The translations under genes were made by a program, and so were the position numbers. A stretch of DNA of 64,000 nt from Eledone cirrhosa (lineage: Eukaryota), in contig OZ024745.1 in the NCBI GenBank assembly GCA_964016885.1, positions 9,424,001-9,488,000 of the forward strand, in the 5' to 3' direction. The stretch's first letter is position 1. The number at the start of each line of letters is the position of its first letter. Under the pieces are notes generated by a model. It saw only the letters and a list, made by a program, of their open reading frames with translations. It had not been told where the DNA came from and did no database searches. Of this stretch, positions 24,572 to 40,200 are shown one piece after another.

Positions 24572-26982
24572 AAATTAAGACCAAAAAGCAGGCTTGGAAA
24601 GTATGGCGGGATGGGGGAAGTAGAGAAGACTATCAAGTGGCCAGGAAGGAAGCTAGGCGACAAGTGTACTTCGCAAGAAGGGAAGCAGAGGAAAGAAAGT
24701 TCAAGCATGTTCTACAACGCGAGGACCAAAAACGTGAGGTGTTCAGGATTGCTAGGCAATGTGTCAAGGAAAACCGTGATATTGTCGGGGAGAAGTGTGT
24801 CCTTAAGGATGATGGTGTACTTGCCATCACTGACGCTGATAAGAAGGTAGCTTGGAATTGTCACTACGAAAGCTACTAAATGAGGAGAATAAATGAGAGA
24901 AAGACAGTCTCCCCCACATCGATCCAATAGAGGGACCAGCAGTGCTAGTTGAAGGTAGTATAATAAGTAAGGCAATCAAAGATATGAAGACGGGTAAGGT
25001 GGCTGGGCCTTCGGAAATAGTTGCTGAAATGCTGAAAGCATCTGGAACGGTGGGACACACTATGGTCACCCGGATAGTAAACCAAGTCATACAGAATGGG
25101 GTCGTTCTGAAGGACTGGCGTAGCAGCATCATCATTAACTGCTACAAGGGTAAAGGAGATGCCCTAGATAGGGGTAACTATAGAGGCATTAAATTAATCG
25201 ACCAGGTCATGAAGGTCACAGAAAAAGTAATAGCGCAACTAATCAGAGAGCGAATTGATCTAGATGAAATGCAGTTCGGGTTTGTGTCAGGTAAAAGTAC
25301 CACAGATGCTCTTTTCATTGTACAACAACTACAGGAGAAGTACCTAGCTAAAAGTAAACCCCTATACTTAGCTTTTGTTGACTTGGAGAAAGCCTTTGAC
25401 AGAGTCCCCCGCTCCATTATCTGGTGGGCTCTAAGAAAACTAGGTGTTGATGAATGGCTTGAGAGAGCTATACAAGCCATGTATAAAGAAACAGTCAGCA
25501 TGGTTAGAATTATCAACGAATATAGTGAAGAGTTTAGCGTAAAAGTTGGTGTTCATCAGGGCTCCGTCCTTAGCCCCCTACTATTTATTATTGCCCTTCA
25601 GGCTATAACAGAGGAGTTCAAGACCGGCTGCCCATGGGAACTCCTATACGCAGATGATCTAACGCTCATAGCTGAATCAATGGCTGTACTAGAGAAGAAA
25701 TTCCAAACATGGAAGCATGGTCTAGAATCAAAAGGCTTTAAAATTAACCTGTCTAAGACTAAAGTTCTAGTTTGTAGGAAGGAAAATAGGGCACCAGTCC
25801 CATCTGGGAAATGGCCATGCTCAGTGTGTAGGAAAGGAGTAGGCAGAAACTCCATTTTATGGCCCAAATGCAAAGTATGGGTGCATAAAAGATATAGTGG
25901 GATCACAGGTAAGCTAACTAAGAATATAGATTTTATATGTGGCCAGTGCTCAGGTGCAATAAGTGGCAGCAAGTGCCCACAGAATACTAGCTCATTCCAT
26001 TGCACAGATGGTTCTATAGAAATAGTGGACACTTTCCGTTACCTGGGTGACAAAATCAGCAGTGGGGGAGGGTGCTCTAAAAGTACAGTAGCTAGAGTCA
26101 GAATGGGATGGAAAAAGTTCAGAGAGCTTATACCACTATTGGCCGCTAAAGGGTTCTCTCTAAAAATGAAAGGCATGCTGTATGATGCCTGCATACGAAC
26201 AGCAATGTTACATGGCAGTGAGACTTGGGCATTGTGTGCAGAGGATATACGCAGACTGGAGAGGAACGAAGCTTGCATGCTCCGCTGGATGTGTAATAGT
26301 AATACGTGAACGGCAAAGCATAAATGAACTAAGGGAGAAATTAGGAATAAGAGGGATCAGATGTTGTTTACTCGAGAGAAGACTACGTTGGTACGGTCAC
26401 GTGATGCGCATGAAAGACGACAGCTGTATAAAAAAGTGCTGGGCGATAAAAATAGACGGTAGCCACGGAGTAGGCAGACCCAGAAAAACCTGGGATGACT
26501 TGATAAATTCCGACCTCACACACTTACACCTCTCCAAGACAATGTCACTGGACCGAGACCTTTGGCGCTACACAGTAACACAGAAGACCCGCCTTGCCTA
26601 AGTACAAAGTGAAACCTACAGTCAGTAGGCACCTCTAACAAAATTACACCTCTGTCCCACTACCCCCCACCCCATCCACACCACTCCTTTCAATTTAAAG
26701 TTATGTTGGTACCACAACATCCAGTCCGAAATAAATGAGGTCGTGTAGGTGTCACGACAAAAAAAACACACAGTCCACACTGTAATGTGGGCGTGTAGGT
26801 AACACGGTAAAAACCTCCCAGTCCACACTGTAAATGTGGTTGGTGTTAGAAAGGGCATCCGGCCGTAGAAAACCCGCCAGACAGTCCTATATGAGCAAGA
26901 CAACCAATCTTGCTTCAAGTGGGAAAATTCCCGTCCAAACCCATGCAAGCATGGAAGATGGTCGTTAAATGATGATGATGAT
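24572..26982 (+). mobile_element. 5'-truncated RTE-clade LINE (RT ORF 24942-26309 plus frameshifted flanks, 3' UTR, (GAT)n tail)
   Basis: RT motifs NYRGIKLI, QFGF, FVDLEKAFDRV, GVHQGSVLSPLLF, LLYADD, FRYLG; C-terminal RRLRWYGHV, GRPRKTW; tail gatgatgatgata. Confidence 0.92.
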
Positions 26983-28035
26983 AACATTTTATTGGAAGGT
27001 ATACATTTAAATGTATGTATACATGGACCCGTAACTCCTGGTGTAGTCTATCTCTTCTACAGGTCTGAACACAGCCGATTTCTTTCAGAGAAGGAGAGAA
27101 AGAGAATTGACCTGAGTAATGGGAAGGTACTTTTTATTTTTTTATCAACCTTGAAAGGATGAAAAGCAAAATCGACTTGGGAGAGATTTGAACCCATAAT
27201 GTGGAGATAGTCGGAATGAATACTGCAGAATATTCTATCATTAATTTAAATAGGAACCATTTAAATTATGATGATGCTGAGAAGAAACACTTTGTTTCAT
27301 AAAACCAGGACCAAAATGGATAAAATAAAACAAAATATTCTAAAGATTGTCTTCAATAGACTTATAAATATTTATTGATTATAGTCTGACCCATGCTAGT
27401 GTGGAAGATAGACGTTAAACGATGATGATGTACAATAACATTCTACTTTACAAATAAAATATCTTATATTGATTTTAAATATTATACAGCTTGATATATA
27501 TATATATATATATATTAGACTGTACAAGTATATTTATGGAATTTTATATGAGCTGATAAAATAACAGAAGACAAAAGGATTATATGAGGTTGTTTGAAAA
27601 TCCCCAATTGATGGTAATTAAACCAAGATAAATACGCCAAGAATCTGAACAAGTTGAAAGAGAACTAATGGTAACTCTTCACATGGAACCACATTAACAG
27701 GTCATCCTTGAAAAATATAAAATGACATCACATTAAAAAAGATAATAATCGTTACTCTAATACTACAAATTTTCACAATGATCTGTTCACTAGTAAATAT
27801 ACTATAAATATTTGAATTAACAAACCTTTTTAAAAGTAATTTTTTACTAAATCATTACATTTCTAGATGTAAAACTTATACATTACTGTTGAGAAATAGA
27901 ATAAGATTTAACGAAAGCTCTATTAATGTTTATGTAAACAAATACATTGATATATGTAAACATATCATTACAGGATGTTAAGAGTTAAACCATATTAAGA
28001 AAGAAAATATAGGCCAAACATATTGATGATGTCAA

Positions 28036-28272
<237 letters not shown>

Positions 28273-28974
28273 TAAAACTATTACTAATAGCACAGTTGGA
28301 TATTTGCCAACCTTTTTAGATTTGCTTTAGTTATTTTGGAATCAACAGTCACACCACACCTGTTTGTTTTCTATTCAACTGAGTCTTCTTATTTCATGTT
28401 TGTTTGTTTATTTTCTCAAATATTCTTTTGTCTGCTGTGAAGGTTAATTTTTTTTCCTAATCCCAAGAAAAAGTTTCATTAAAGATGTTTGTTGTGTTCG
28501 GACAGTTAGAATTAACTATTTCTCTTGGATCAACTTTTATTCCTTTAAATTTGTTTCTCTTGGAATAAATCCAAACATTTCTAATGTATTTAACACAATT
28601 ATTCTCTGCTATGGAATATCTCTTGCCAAATTGTTGTTCAATTTCTTTATTTGTTTCTAACAATAACAATGTACGGGTGAATATATTTTACTTTTACTGG
28701 ACTATCAACTGATGTGTGTATATATGTATACACACAAATGCCACATGCACACAGGGACATATATACATATACATACGATTTCCTGAAATCTAAAAAACTT
28801 ACAAACATACTGTTTTAGTTTTATGTTTGTTGCATTACAACATCATTTTTTAAAACCAGTTCATTATTTCTACTCTTTAGTGTTATCAATTATTGTTCTT
28901 GTTATTGTTTAAGCTCAATCAGCTCAAACTCATATATGTCACAGAAATGCACGCACGTGTGTGTCTGTCTGTCT

Positions 28975-29075
28975 GTATCATGACTCACACACTGTTCACT
29001 TTCCTGACTTTATACACCTTTGATGAGTCTTAGTGCACCTGAGCACTGTACACAATAATTTTCATTATTATTATT
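28975..29075 (+). mobile_element. Short CR1-like 3' end fragment
   Basis: tgttcactttcctga..gatgagt..tagtgcacctgagcactgtacacaataattttcattattatta matches the other CR1-like 3' ends. Confidence 0.75.
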
Positions 29076-29646
29076 TTTTTAATTATCAGTGGAATATTTA
29101 AGAATCACACATTAGTCAAGTATTTCTAGAATAACACATTAGTCAAGTATTTCTTCAGCTTGATCTGATTCTATTAGGAATTAGACCAGGCTGAAAACTA
29201 TGCCATGTTTGATTGTGTTAACTTGTTCTATTCAGTTAACCACCTTGTTTGATATTTGTGTGTGCAACATGTTTTGTTAGTATTGGTTATGTGTTTGATA
29301 AATTTGGTTGGTGGATAGAGAAACCTTATAACACAGGATATATTTCAGTGTTTTAGTAATTCTGTGGTAACTCTACAGTTTGTCTAGTGTCTCTACACCA
29401 TAGAAACCAGACATATTGAGCTCATTCCCTCATCCACAAACTATTAATATCTTAAATTTGCTGCTCAACACCAAAAAAAGCAAAAACATTTGAACACATT
29501 TTGTGACTAATTAATAATGTGTAATTGATTTTAATTGGAATCAGCTGAAAGAATTTAGAAGTATCCTGTTTCAGTGATTTGCTGTATTAGGGTGTTGCCT
29601 TCTGATAGGACAAACATTTAAATGGACTTAAAACAGATAGTGGATA

Positions 29647-29727
29647 TATTGGGTTGTAACATAAATCCGCCGTTGTTATAAAGCCTCTTAATAAAAACAC
29701 GGTGGGAATTTATGTTACAACCCAATA
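29647..29727. mobile_element. About 80-bp Tc1/mariner-type MITE
   Basis: Perfect TIR TATTGGGTTGTAACATAAAT / ATTTATGTTACAACCCAATA with TA on both sides. Confidence 0.8.
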
Positions 29728-31202
29728 TATTACAATATTTGCACATCTCAGCTTTGTTGCTTTTCTTTCATATATTTTCTGTGTCTATTCATGGATACAT
29801 GTGTGCACACAATTCACTTATACAGACAACTGTTTTATTATCCATTTATTTATTTAATCAATTTCAATGTCTGTTTAGAGTTTGTAAGCCATTACAGACT
29901 AGGGGAAGTATCTAGTACTTCTTACTCTTGAGAAACAAAAAGTGAATAGAAAAAACAAATATAATTGAAAATGGGGAAGACCAATAGAAGACAAAATAAG
30001 TATTTTGGCCAGGAGTTGTACTGGTAATTGATTAATTACAGTGTTTAATCCCTTTATATTGGACATTGTACTTCAATATTGTATGTGTATGATGCTAAAG
30101 ATTTTATTGTGCTTGTGAAAGGTTAATATTTGTCTCAGTATGTTTAGAGTTGGTGTGCAGCTGTGGGGAAAATGTAATTGTGAAACTGGGTGCCATCATC
30201 ATCATATAATGACTGCTTTCCCTGCTAACAAGGGTTGGCAATATAAAATGCTATGTGTCTATTGAGTTCTGGTGTTGTGCATACAGTGGCAGAAGATGGT
30301 TGTTGATAGCACAGATCATTGTGTGACTTTGTTTGGAAAGCCATAGATTTGTGTGATGTGATTGTAACCAGATAGTCAGTCATGATAACCTTAGTGCTAG
30401 CTCAATAGAGAGTTTTTGCTGTTTTGACAAAGCTTTTTTTTTTTTTCAAGGGAAGTTTGATGTACATATGAGTGTGCGTGCTTACACTTACACACAGGCA
30501 TTGAATGGGTACTGAGATATATATATTGAATGAATAATAATGAGAAATAGAAATAAAAGCTTTACTGATGTAGTTTTTATAGAGCATGATGGCAGGTGAT
30601 TATGTGGGGTCCAGGTCATTTAAAATGTATTGAAAGGTGTTAGTAACATGGCAGTTGTGAGTAAAATAAAAGGAATTAATTGGTATTTTTTAAGAATTAG
30701 TTTCGATTATATCCACATGATGAATCTGTCATTTATTATTAATATAACTCTAAATAAAAAGGGTAAAGTACATAGTTTTTATATAGTTCATTGAATGAGT
30801 CACTTCAGCCAGAACCAAGGGAGCAATTTATGTTTATTGTATAATTTCAACCATATCATTGTTATAGTTTACTGAAGAAAATTACTATTACACAAAGATA
30901 TTTTGATGTAAATACAGATAATTTTTTTAAATCTTAACCTCCTGTACCACATGAGACCACATTAGCAAGACATTCTCAAAAAGTACAAAACAACACTAAG
31001 ACTGCACTACATTAAAAATTCAAGTATTGACTCTAACAGTGTGAATTTTCACAACAATCTGTCCACTATAAACATTTGATTTAAGAAATGCGTTTTTAGA
31101 TATTTTTTGTTAGCTGTTAACCCATTAAAACCAAACAAACGAGAGAATTAGTGCTGAAACAATTTTTGTAACTGTTAATTGCTTCTGTTATATTATCTAA
31201 AG

Positions 31203-34200
31203 CAGTCATGGGCAAACTGAAGACTGTGAGCCATATATGACCCATTTGGTTTTCTGAATGGTACACCTAATTTCAAAATTGCTTTGAATTTTTTAATGAT
31301 GTGGCCCACCGTATAATGAGCCACATCCTATGTGGACCACCTATGATGGGCCACATCCTATGTAACCCACCTTATAATGAGCCATATCCTATGTGAACCA
31401 CCTATAATGAGCCACATCCTATGTTGGCTTCTTATAATGAGTCACAGCCTATGTGGCCCACCTTATAATGAGCCACATCCTATGTAGCCCACCTTATAAT
31501 GAGCCACATCCTATGTAACCCACCTTAGGATGAGCCACATCCTATGTGGCCCACCTTATAATGAGCCACATCCCATGTGGCCCACCTATAATGAGCCACA
31601 TCCTATGTGGCCCACCTTATAATGAATCACATCCTATGTTGGCCCCTTATAATGAGCAACATCCTATGTAGGCCACCTTATGATGAGCCACATCCTATGT
31701 GGCCCACCTTATAATGAGCCACATCCTATGTGACCCACCTTATGATGATCCACATCCTATGTGGCCCACCTTATGATGATCCACATCCTATGTTGGCTTC
31801 CTATAATGAGCCACATCCTATGTAACCCACCTTATAATGAGCCACATCCTATGTAGCCCGGCTTATGATGAGGCACATACTATGTGGCCCACCTTATAAT
31901 GAGCCACATCCTATGTGACCCACCTTATAATGAGCCACATCCTATGTAACCCACCTTATAATGAGTCACATCCTATGTAGCCCACCTTATGATGAGGCAC
32001 ATACTATGTGGTTCACCTTATGATGAACCACATCCTTTGTGACCCACCTTATAATGAGCCACATCCTATGTAACCCACCTTATAATGAGCCAGAGCCTAT
32101 GTAGCGCACCTATAATGAGCCACATCCTATGTGGCCCACTTTCTAATGAGCCACATCCTATGTGACCCACCTATAATGAGCCACATGCTATGTGACCTAC
32201 CTATAATGAGCCACAGCCTATGTAGCCCACCTTATAATGAGCCACAGCCTATGTAGCCCACCTATAATGAGCCACATCCTATGTGGCTCACTTTCTAATG
32301 AGCCACATCCTATGTGACCCACCTATAATGAGCCACAGCCTATGTAACCCACCTTATAACGAGCCACAGCCGTTGTGGCCCACTTTATAATGAGCCACAT
32401 CCTATGTGACCCACCTATAATGAGCCACAGCCTATGTAGCCCACCATATAATGAGCCACAGCCTATGTAGCCCACCATATAATGAGCCACAGCCTATGTA
32501 GCCCACCTTATAATGATCCACATCCTATGTAGCCCACCTATAATGTGCCACATCCTATGTGGCCCACCTTATGATGAGCCACATCCTATGTGACCCACCT
32601 ATAATGAACCAAACCCTATGTGACCCAACTTATAATGAACCACATCCTGTGTAGCCCACCTTATGATGAGCCACATCCTATGTGACCCACCTATAGTGAG
32701 CCACATCCTATGCGGCCCACCTTATATTGAACCACATCCTATGTTGGCTTCCTATAATGAGCCACAGCCTATTTAGCCTACCTATAATGAGCCACATCCT
32801 ATGTAGCCCACCTATAATGAGCCACATCCTATTTAGCCTACCTATAATGAGCCACATCCTATGTCACCCACCTTATAATGAGCCACATCCTATGTAGCCC
32901 ACCTATAATGAGCCACATCCTATTTAGCCTACCTATAATGAGCCACATCTTATGTAGCCCACCTTATAATGAGCCACATCCTATGTGACCCACATTATAA
33001 TACGCCACATCCTATGTGACCCACCTTATAATGAGCCACATCCTATGTAGCCCACCTTATGATGAGCCACATCCTATGTAGCCCACCTTATGATGAGCCA
33101 CATCCTATGTGGCCCACCTTATAATGAGCCACATCCCATGTGGCCCACCTATAATGAGCCACATCCTATGTGGCCCACCTATAATGAGCCACATCCTATG
33201 TGGCCCACCTTATAATGAGCCACACCCCATGTGGCCCACCTATAATGAGCCACATCCTATGTGGCCCACTTTCTAATGAGCCACATCCTATGTGACCCAC
33301 CTATAATGAGCCACATGCTATGTGACCTACCTATAATGAGCCACAGCCTATGTAGCCCACCTTATAATGAGCCACATCATATGTAGCCCACCTTATAATG
33401 AGCCAGAGCCTATGTTGCCCACCTATAATGAGCCACATCCTATGTGGCCCACTTTCTAATGACCCACATCCTATGTGACCCACCTATAATGAGCCACAGC
33501 CTATGTAACCCACCTTATAACGAGCCACAGCCATTGTGGCCCACTTTACAATGAGCCACATCCTATGTGACCCACCTATAATGAGCCACAGCCTATGTAG
33601 CCCACCTTATAATGATCCACATCCTATGTAGCCCACCTATAATGTGCCACATCCTATGTGGCCCACCTTATGATGAGCCACATCCTATGTGACACACCTA
33701 TAATGAGCCAAACCCTATGTGACCCAACTTATAATGAACCACATCCTGTGTAGCCCACCTTATGATGAGCCACATCCTATGTGACCCACCTATAGTGAGC
33801 CACATCCTATGCGGCCCACCTTATATTGAACGACATCCTATGTTGGCTTCCTATAATGAGCCACAGCCTATTTAGCCTACCTATAATGAGCCACATCCTA
33901 TGTGACCCACCTTATAATGAGCCACATCCTATGTAGCCCACCTATAATGAGCCACATCCTATTTAGCCTACCTATAATGAGCCACATCTTACGTAGCCCA
34001 CCTTATAATGAGCCACATCCTATGTGACCCACCTTATAATAGGCCACATCCTATGTGACCCACCTTATAATGAGCCACATCCTATGTAGCCCACCTTATG
34101 ATGAGCCACATCCTATGTGACCCACCTTATATTGAACCACATCCTATGTTGGCTTCTTATAATGAGTCACATCCTATGTGGCCCACCTTATAATGAGCCA

Positions 34201-37200
34201 CATCCCATGTGGCCCACCTATAATGAGCCACATCCTATGTGGCCCACCTTATAATGAGCCACATCCCATGTGGCCCACCTATAATGAGCCACATCCTATG
34301 TGGCCCACCTTATAATGAGCCACATCCTATGTGGGCCACCTTATAATGAGCCACATCCTATGTAACCCACCTTATAATAAGCCAGAACCTATGTGGCTCA
34401 CCTTAGGATGAGCCACATCCTATGTGGCCCATATTATAATGAGCCACATCCCATGTGGCCCAACTATTATGAGCCATATCCTATGTGGCCCACCTTATAA
34501 TGAGCCCACCTTATAATGAGCCACATCCTATGAAGCCCACCTTATAATGAGCCACATCCTATGTGGCCCACCTTATAATGAGCCACATCCTATGTGGCCC
34601 ACCTATAATGAGCCACATCCTATGAAGCCCACCTGATAATGAGCCACATCCTATGTAGCCCACCTGATAATGAGCCACATCCTATGTAGCCCACCTTATA
34701 ATGAACCACATCCTATGTTGGCCCCTTATGATGAGCCACATCCTATGTGGCCCACCTTATAATGAGCCACATCCTATATGACCCACCTTATGATGATCCA
34801 CATCCTATGTGGCCCACCATATAATGAGCCACATCCTATGTGACCCACCTATAATGAGCCACAGCTTATGTGACCCACCTTATAATGAGCCACATCCTAT
34901 GTGACCCACCTTATAATGAGCCACATCCTATGTAACCCACCTTATAATGAGCCATATCCTATGTGACCCACCTTATAATGATCCACATCCTATGTGGCCC
35001 ACCTATAATGACCCACATCCTATGAAGCCCGCCTGATAATGAACCACATCCTATGTAGCCCACCTTATGATGAGGCACATACTATGTGACCCACCTTATA
35101 ATGAGCTACATCCTATGTGACCCACCTTATAATGAACCACATCCTATGTGGCCCACCTTATAATGAGCCACATCCTATGTAGCCCACCTTATGATGATCC
35201 ACCTTCTATGTGATCCAATTTATAATGAGCCACATGCTATGTGGCCCACCAATAATGAGGCACATCCTATGTGGCCCACCTTATAATGAGCCACATCTTA
35301 TGTAGCCAACCTTGTAATAAGTCACATCCTATGTGACCCACCTTATAATGAGCCACATCCTATGTGACCCACCTTATAATGAGCCACATCCTATGTGACC
35401 CACCTTATAATGAACCACATCCTATGTGGCCCACCTTATAATGAGCCACATCCTATGTAACCCACCTTATAATGAGCCACATCCTATGTGACCCACCTTA
35501 TAATGAGTGACATCCTATGTAGCCCACCTTATGATGATCCACATCCTATGTGGCCCACCTTATGATGAGCCACATCCTATGTGTCCCACCTTATATTGAA
35601 CCACATCCTATGTTGGCTTCTTATTATGAGCCACATCCCATGTGGCCCACCTATAATGAGCAACATCCTATGTGGCCCACCTTATAATGAGCCACATCCC
35701 ATGTGGCCCACCTATAATGAGCCACATCCTATGTGGCCCACCATATAATGAGCCACATCCTATGTGGCCCACCTTATAATGAGCCACATCCTCTGTGACC
35801 CACCTTATAATAAGCCAGACCCTATGTGGCTCACCTTAGGATGAGCCACATCCTATGTGGTCCACCTTATAATGAGCCACATCCCATGTGGCCCAACTAT
35901 AATGAGCCATATCCTATGTGGCCCACCTTATAATGAGCCACATCCTATGAAGCCCACCTTATAATGAGCCACATCTTATTTAGCCCACCTATAATGAACC
36001 ACATCCTATGTTGGCCCCTTATGATGAGCCACATCCTATGTGGCCCACCTTATAATGAGCCACATCCTATGTGACCCACCTTATGATGATCCACATCCTA
36101 TGTGGCCCACCATATAATGAGCCACACCCTATGTGACCCAACTTATAATGAGTCACATCCTATGTGACCCACCTTATAATGATCCACATCCTATGTAACC
36201 CACCCTATAATGAGCCATATCCTATGAAGCCCACCTTATAATGATCCACATCCTATGTGGCCCACCTATAATGACCCACATCCTATGAAGCCCACCTGAT
36301 AATGAGCCACATCCTATGTAGCCCACCTTATGATGAGGCACATCCGATCTAACCCACCTATAATGAGCCACATCCTATGTGGCCCACCTTATGATGATCC
36401 ACCTTCTATGTGATCCAATTTATAATGAGCCACATGCTATGTGACCTACCTATAATGAGCCACATGCTATGTGGCCCACCTTATAATGAGCCACATCTTA
36501 TGTAGCCGACCTTGTAATAAGCCACATCCTATGTGACCCACCTTATAATGAGCCACATCCTATGTGACCCACCTTATAATGAGCCACATCCTATGTGACC
36601 CACCTGATAATGAGCCACATCCTATGTAGCCAACCTTATAATGAACCACATCCTATGTTGGCCCCTTATGATGAGCCACATCCTATGTGGCCCACCTTAT
36701 AATGAGCCACATCCTATGTGACCCACCTTATGATGATCCACATCCTATGTGGCCCACCATATAATGAGTCACATCCTATGTGACCCACCTTATAATGAGC
36801 CATATCCTATGAAGCCCACCTTATAATGATCCACATCCTATGTGGCCCACCTATAATGACCCACATCCTATGAAGCCCACCTGATAATGAGCCACATCCT
36901 ATGTAGCCCACCTTATGATGAGGCACATCCTATGTAACCCACCTTATAATGAGCCACATCCTATTTGACCCACCTTATAATGAGTGACATCCTATGTAGC
37001 CCACCTTATGATGATCCACATCCTATGTGGCCCACCTTATGATGAGCCACATCCTATGTGTCCCACCTTATATTGAACCACATCCTATGTTGGCTTCTTA
37101 TAATGAGCCACATCCTATGTGGCCCACCTTATGATGAGCCACATCTTACGTAACCCACCTATAATGAGCCATATCCTATGAAGCCCACCTTATAATGATC

Positions 37201-40200
37201 CACATCCTATGTGGCCCACCTATAATGACCCACATCCTATGAAGCCCACCTGATAATGAACCACATCTTATGTAGCCCACCTTATAATGAGCACATCCCA
37301 TGTAACCCACCTTATAATGAGCCACATCCTATGTAGCCCACCTTATGATGAGGCACATACTATGTGACCCACCTTATAATGAGCCACATCCTATGTGACC
37401 CACCTTATAATGAACCACATCCTATGTGGCCCACCTTATAATGAGCCACATCCTATGTGGCCCACCTTATGATGATCCACCTTCTATGTGATCCAATTTA
37501 TAATGAGCCACATGCTATGTGACCTACCTATAATGAGCCACATGCTATGTGGCCCACCAATAATGAGGCACATCCTATGTGGCCCACCTTATAATGAGCC
37601 ACATCTTATGTAGCCGACCTTGTAATAAGCCACATCCTATGTGACCCACCTTATAATAAGCCACATCCTATGTGACCCACCTTATAATGAGCCACATCCT
37701 ATGTGACCCACCTTATAATGAACCACATCCTATGTGGCCCACCTTATGATGAGCCACATCCTATGTGACCCACCTATAATGAACCAAACCCTATGTGACC
37801 CAACTTATAATGAACCACATCCTGTGTAGCCCACCTTATGATGAGCCACATCCTATGTGACCCACCTATTGTGAGCCACATCCTATGCGGCCCACCTTAT
37901 ATTGAACCACATCCTATGTTGGCTTCCTATAATGAGCCACAGCCTATTTAGCCTACCTATAATGAGCCACATCCTATGTAGCCCACCTATAATGAGCCAC
38001 ATCCTATTTAGCCTACCTATAATGAGCCACATCCTATGTCACCCACCTTATAATGAGCCACATCCTATGTAGCCCACCTATAATGAGCCACATCCTATTT
38101 AGCCTACCTATAATGAGCCACATCTTATGTAGCCCACCTTATAATGAGCCACATCCTATGTGACCCACATTATAATAGGCCACATCCTATGTGACCCACC
38201 TTATAATGAGCCACATCCTATGTAGCCCACCTTATGATGAGCCACATCCTATGTAGCCCACCTTATGATGAGCCACATCCTATGTGGCCCACCTTATAAT
38301 GAGCCACATCCCATGTGGCCCACCTATAATGAGCCACATCCCATGTGGCCCACCTATAATGAGCCACATCCTATGTGGCCCACCTTATAATGAGCCACAC
38401 CCCATGTGGCCCACCTATAATGATCCACATCCTATGTGGCCCACTTTCTAATGAGCCACATCCTATGTGACCCACCTATAATGAGCCACATGCTATGTGA
38501 CCTACCTATAATGAGCCACAGCCTATGTAGCCCACCTTATAATGAGCCACATCATATGTAGCCCACCTTATAATGAGCCAGAGCCTATGTTGCCCACCTA
38601 TAATGAGCCACATCCTATGTGGCCCACTTTCTAATGACCCACATCCTATGTGACCCACCTATAATGAGCCACAGCCTATGTAACCCACCTAATAACGAGC
38701 CACAGCCATTGTGGCCCACTTTATAATGAGCCACATCCTATGTGACCCACCTATAATGAGCCACAGCCTATGTAGCCCACCTTATAATGATCCACATCCT
38801 ATGTAGCCCACCTATAATGTGCCACATCCTATGTGGCCCACCTTATGATGAGCCACATCCTATGTGACACACCTATAATGAGCCAAACCCTATGTGACCC
38901 AACTTATAATGAACCACATCCTGTGTAGCCCACCTTATGGTGAGCCACATCCTATGTGACCCACCTATAGTGAGCCACATCCTATGCGGCCCACCTTATA
39001 TTGAACCACATCCTATGTTGGCTTCCTATAATGAGCCACAGCCTATTTAGCCTACCTATAATGAGCCACATCCTATGTGACCCACCTTATAATGAGCCAC
39101 ATCCTATGTAGCCCACCTATAATGAGCCACATCCTATTTAGCCTACCTATAATGAGCCACATCTTACGTAGCCCACCTTATAATGAGCCACATCCTATGT
39201 GACCCACCTTATAATAGGCCACATCCTATGTGACCCACCTTATAATGAGCCACATCCTATGTAGCCCACCTTATGATGAGCCACATCCTATGTGACCCAC
39301 CTTATATTGAACCACATCCTATGTTGGCTTCTTATAATGAGTCACATCCTATGTGGCCCACCTTATAATGAGCCACATCCCATGTGGCCCACCTATAATG
39401 AGCCACATCCTATGTGGCCCACCTTATAATGAGCCACATCCCATGTGGCCCACCTATAATGAGCCACATCCTATGTGGCCCACCTTATAATGAGCCACAT
39501 CCTATGTGGGCCACCTTATAATGAGCCACATCCTATGTAACCCACCTTATAATAAGCCAGAACCTATGTGGCTCACCTTAGGATGAGCCACATCCTATGT
39601 GGCCCATATTATAATGAGCCACATCCCATGTGGCCCAACTATTATGAGCCATATCCTATGTGGCCCACCTTATAATGAGCCCACCTTATAATGAGCCACA
39701 TCCTATGAAGCCCACCTTATAATGAGCCACATCCTATGTGGCCCACCTTATAATGAGCCACATCCTATGTGGCCCACCTATAATGAGCCACATCCTATGA
39801 AGCCCACCTGATAATGAGCCACATCCTATGTAGCCCACCTGATAATGAGCCACATCCTATGTAGCCCACCTTATAATGAACCACATCCTATGTTGGCCCC
39901 TTATGATGAGCCACATCCTATGTGGCCCACCTTATAATGAGCCACATCCTATATGACCCACCTTATGATGATCCACATCCTATGTGGCCCACCATATAAT
40001 GAGCCACATCCTATGTGACCCACCTATAATGAGCCACAGCTTATGTGACCCACCTTATAATGAGCCACATCCTATGTGACCCACCTTATAATGAGCCACA
40101 TCCTATGTAACCCACCTTATAATGAGCCATATCCTATGAAGCCCACCTTATAATGATCCACATCCTATGTGGCCCACCTATAATGACCCACATCCTATGA

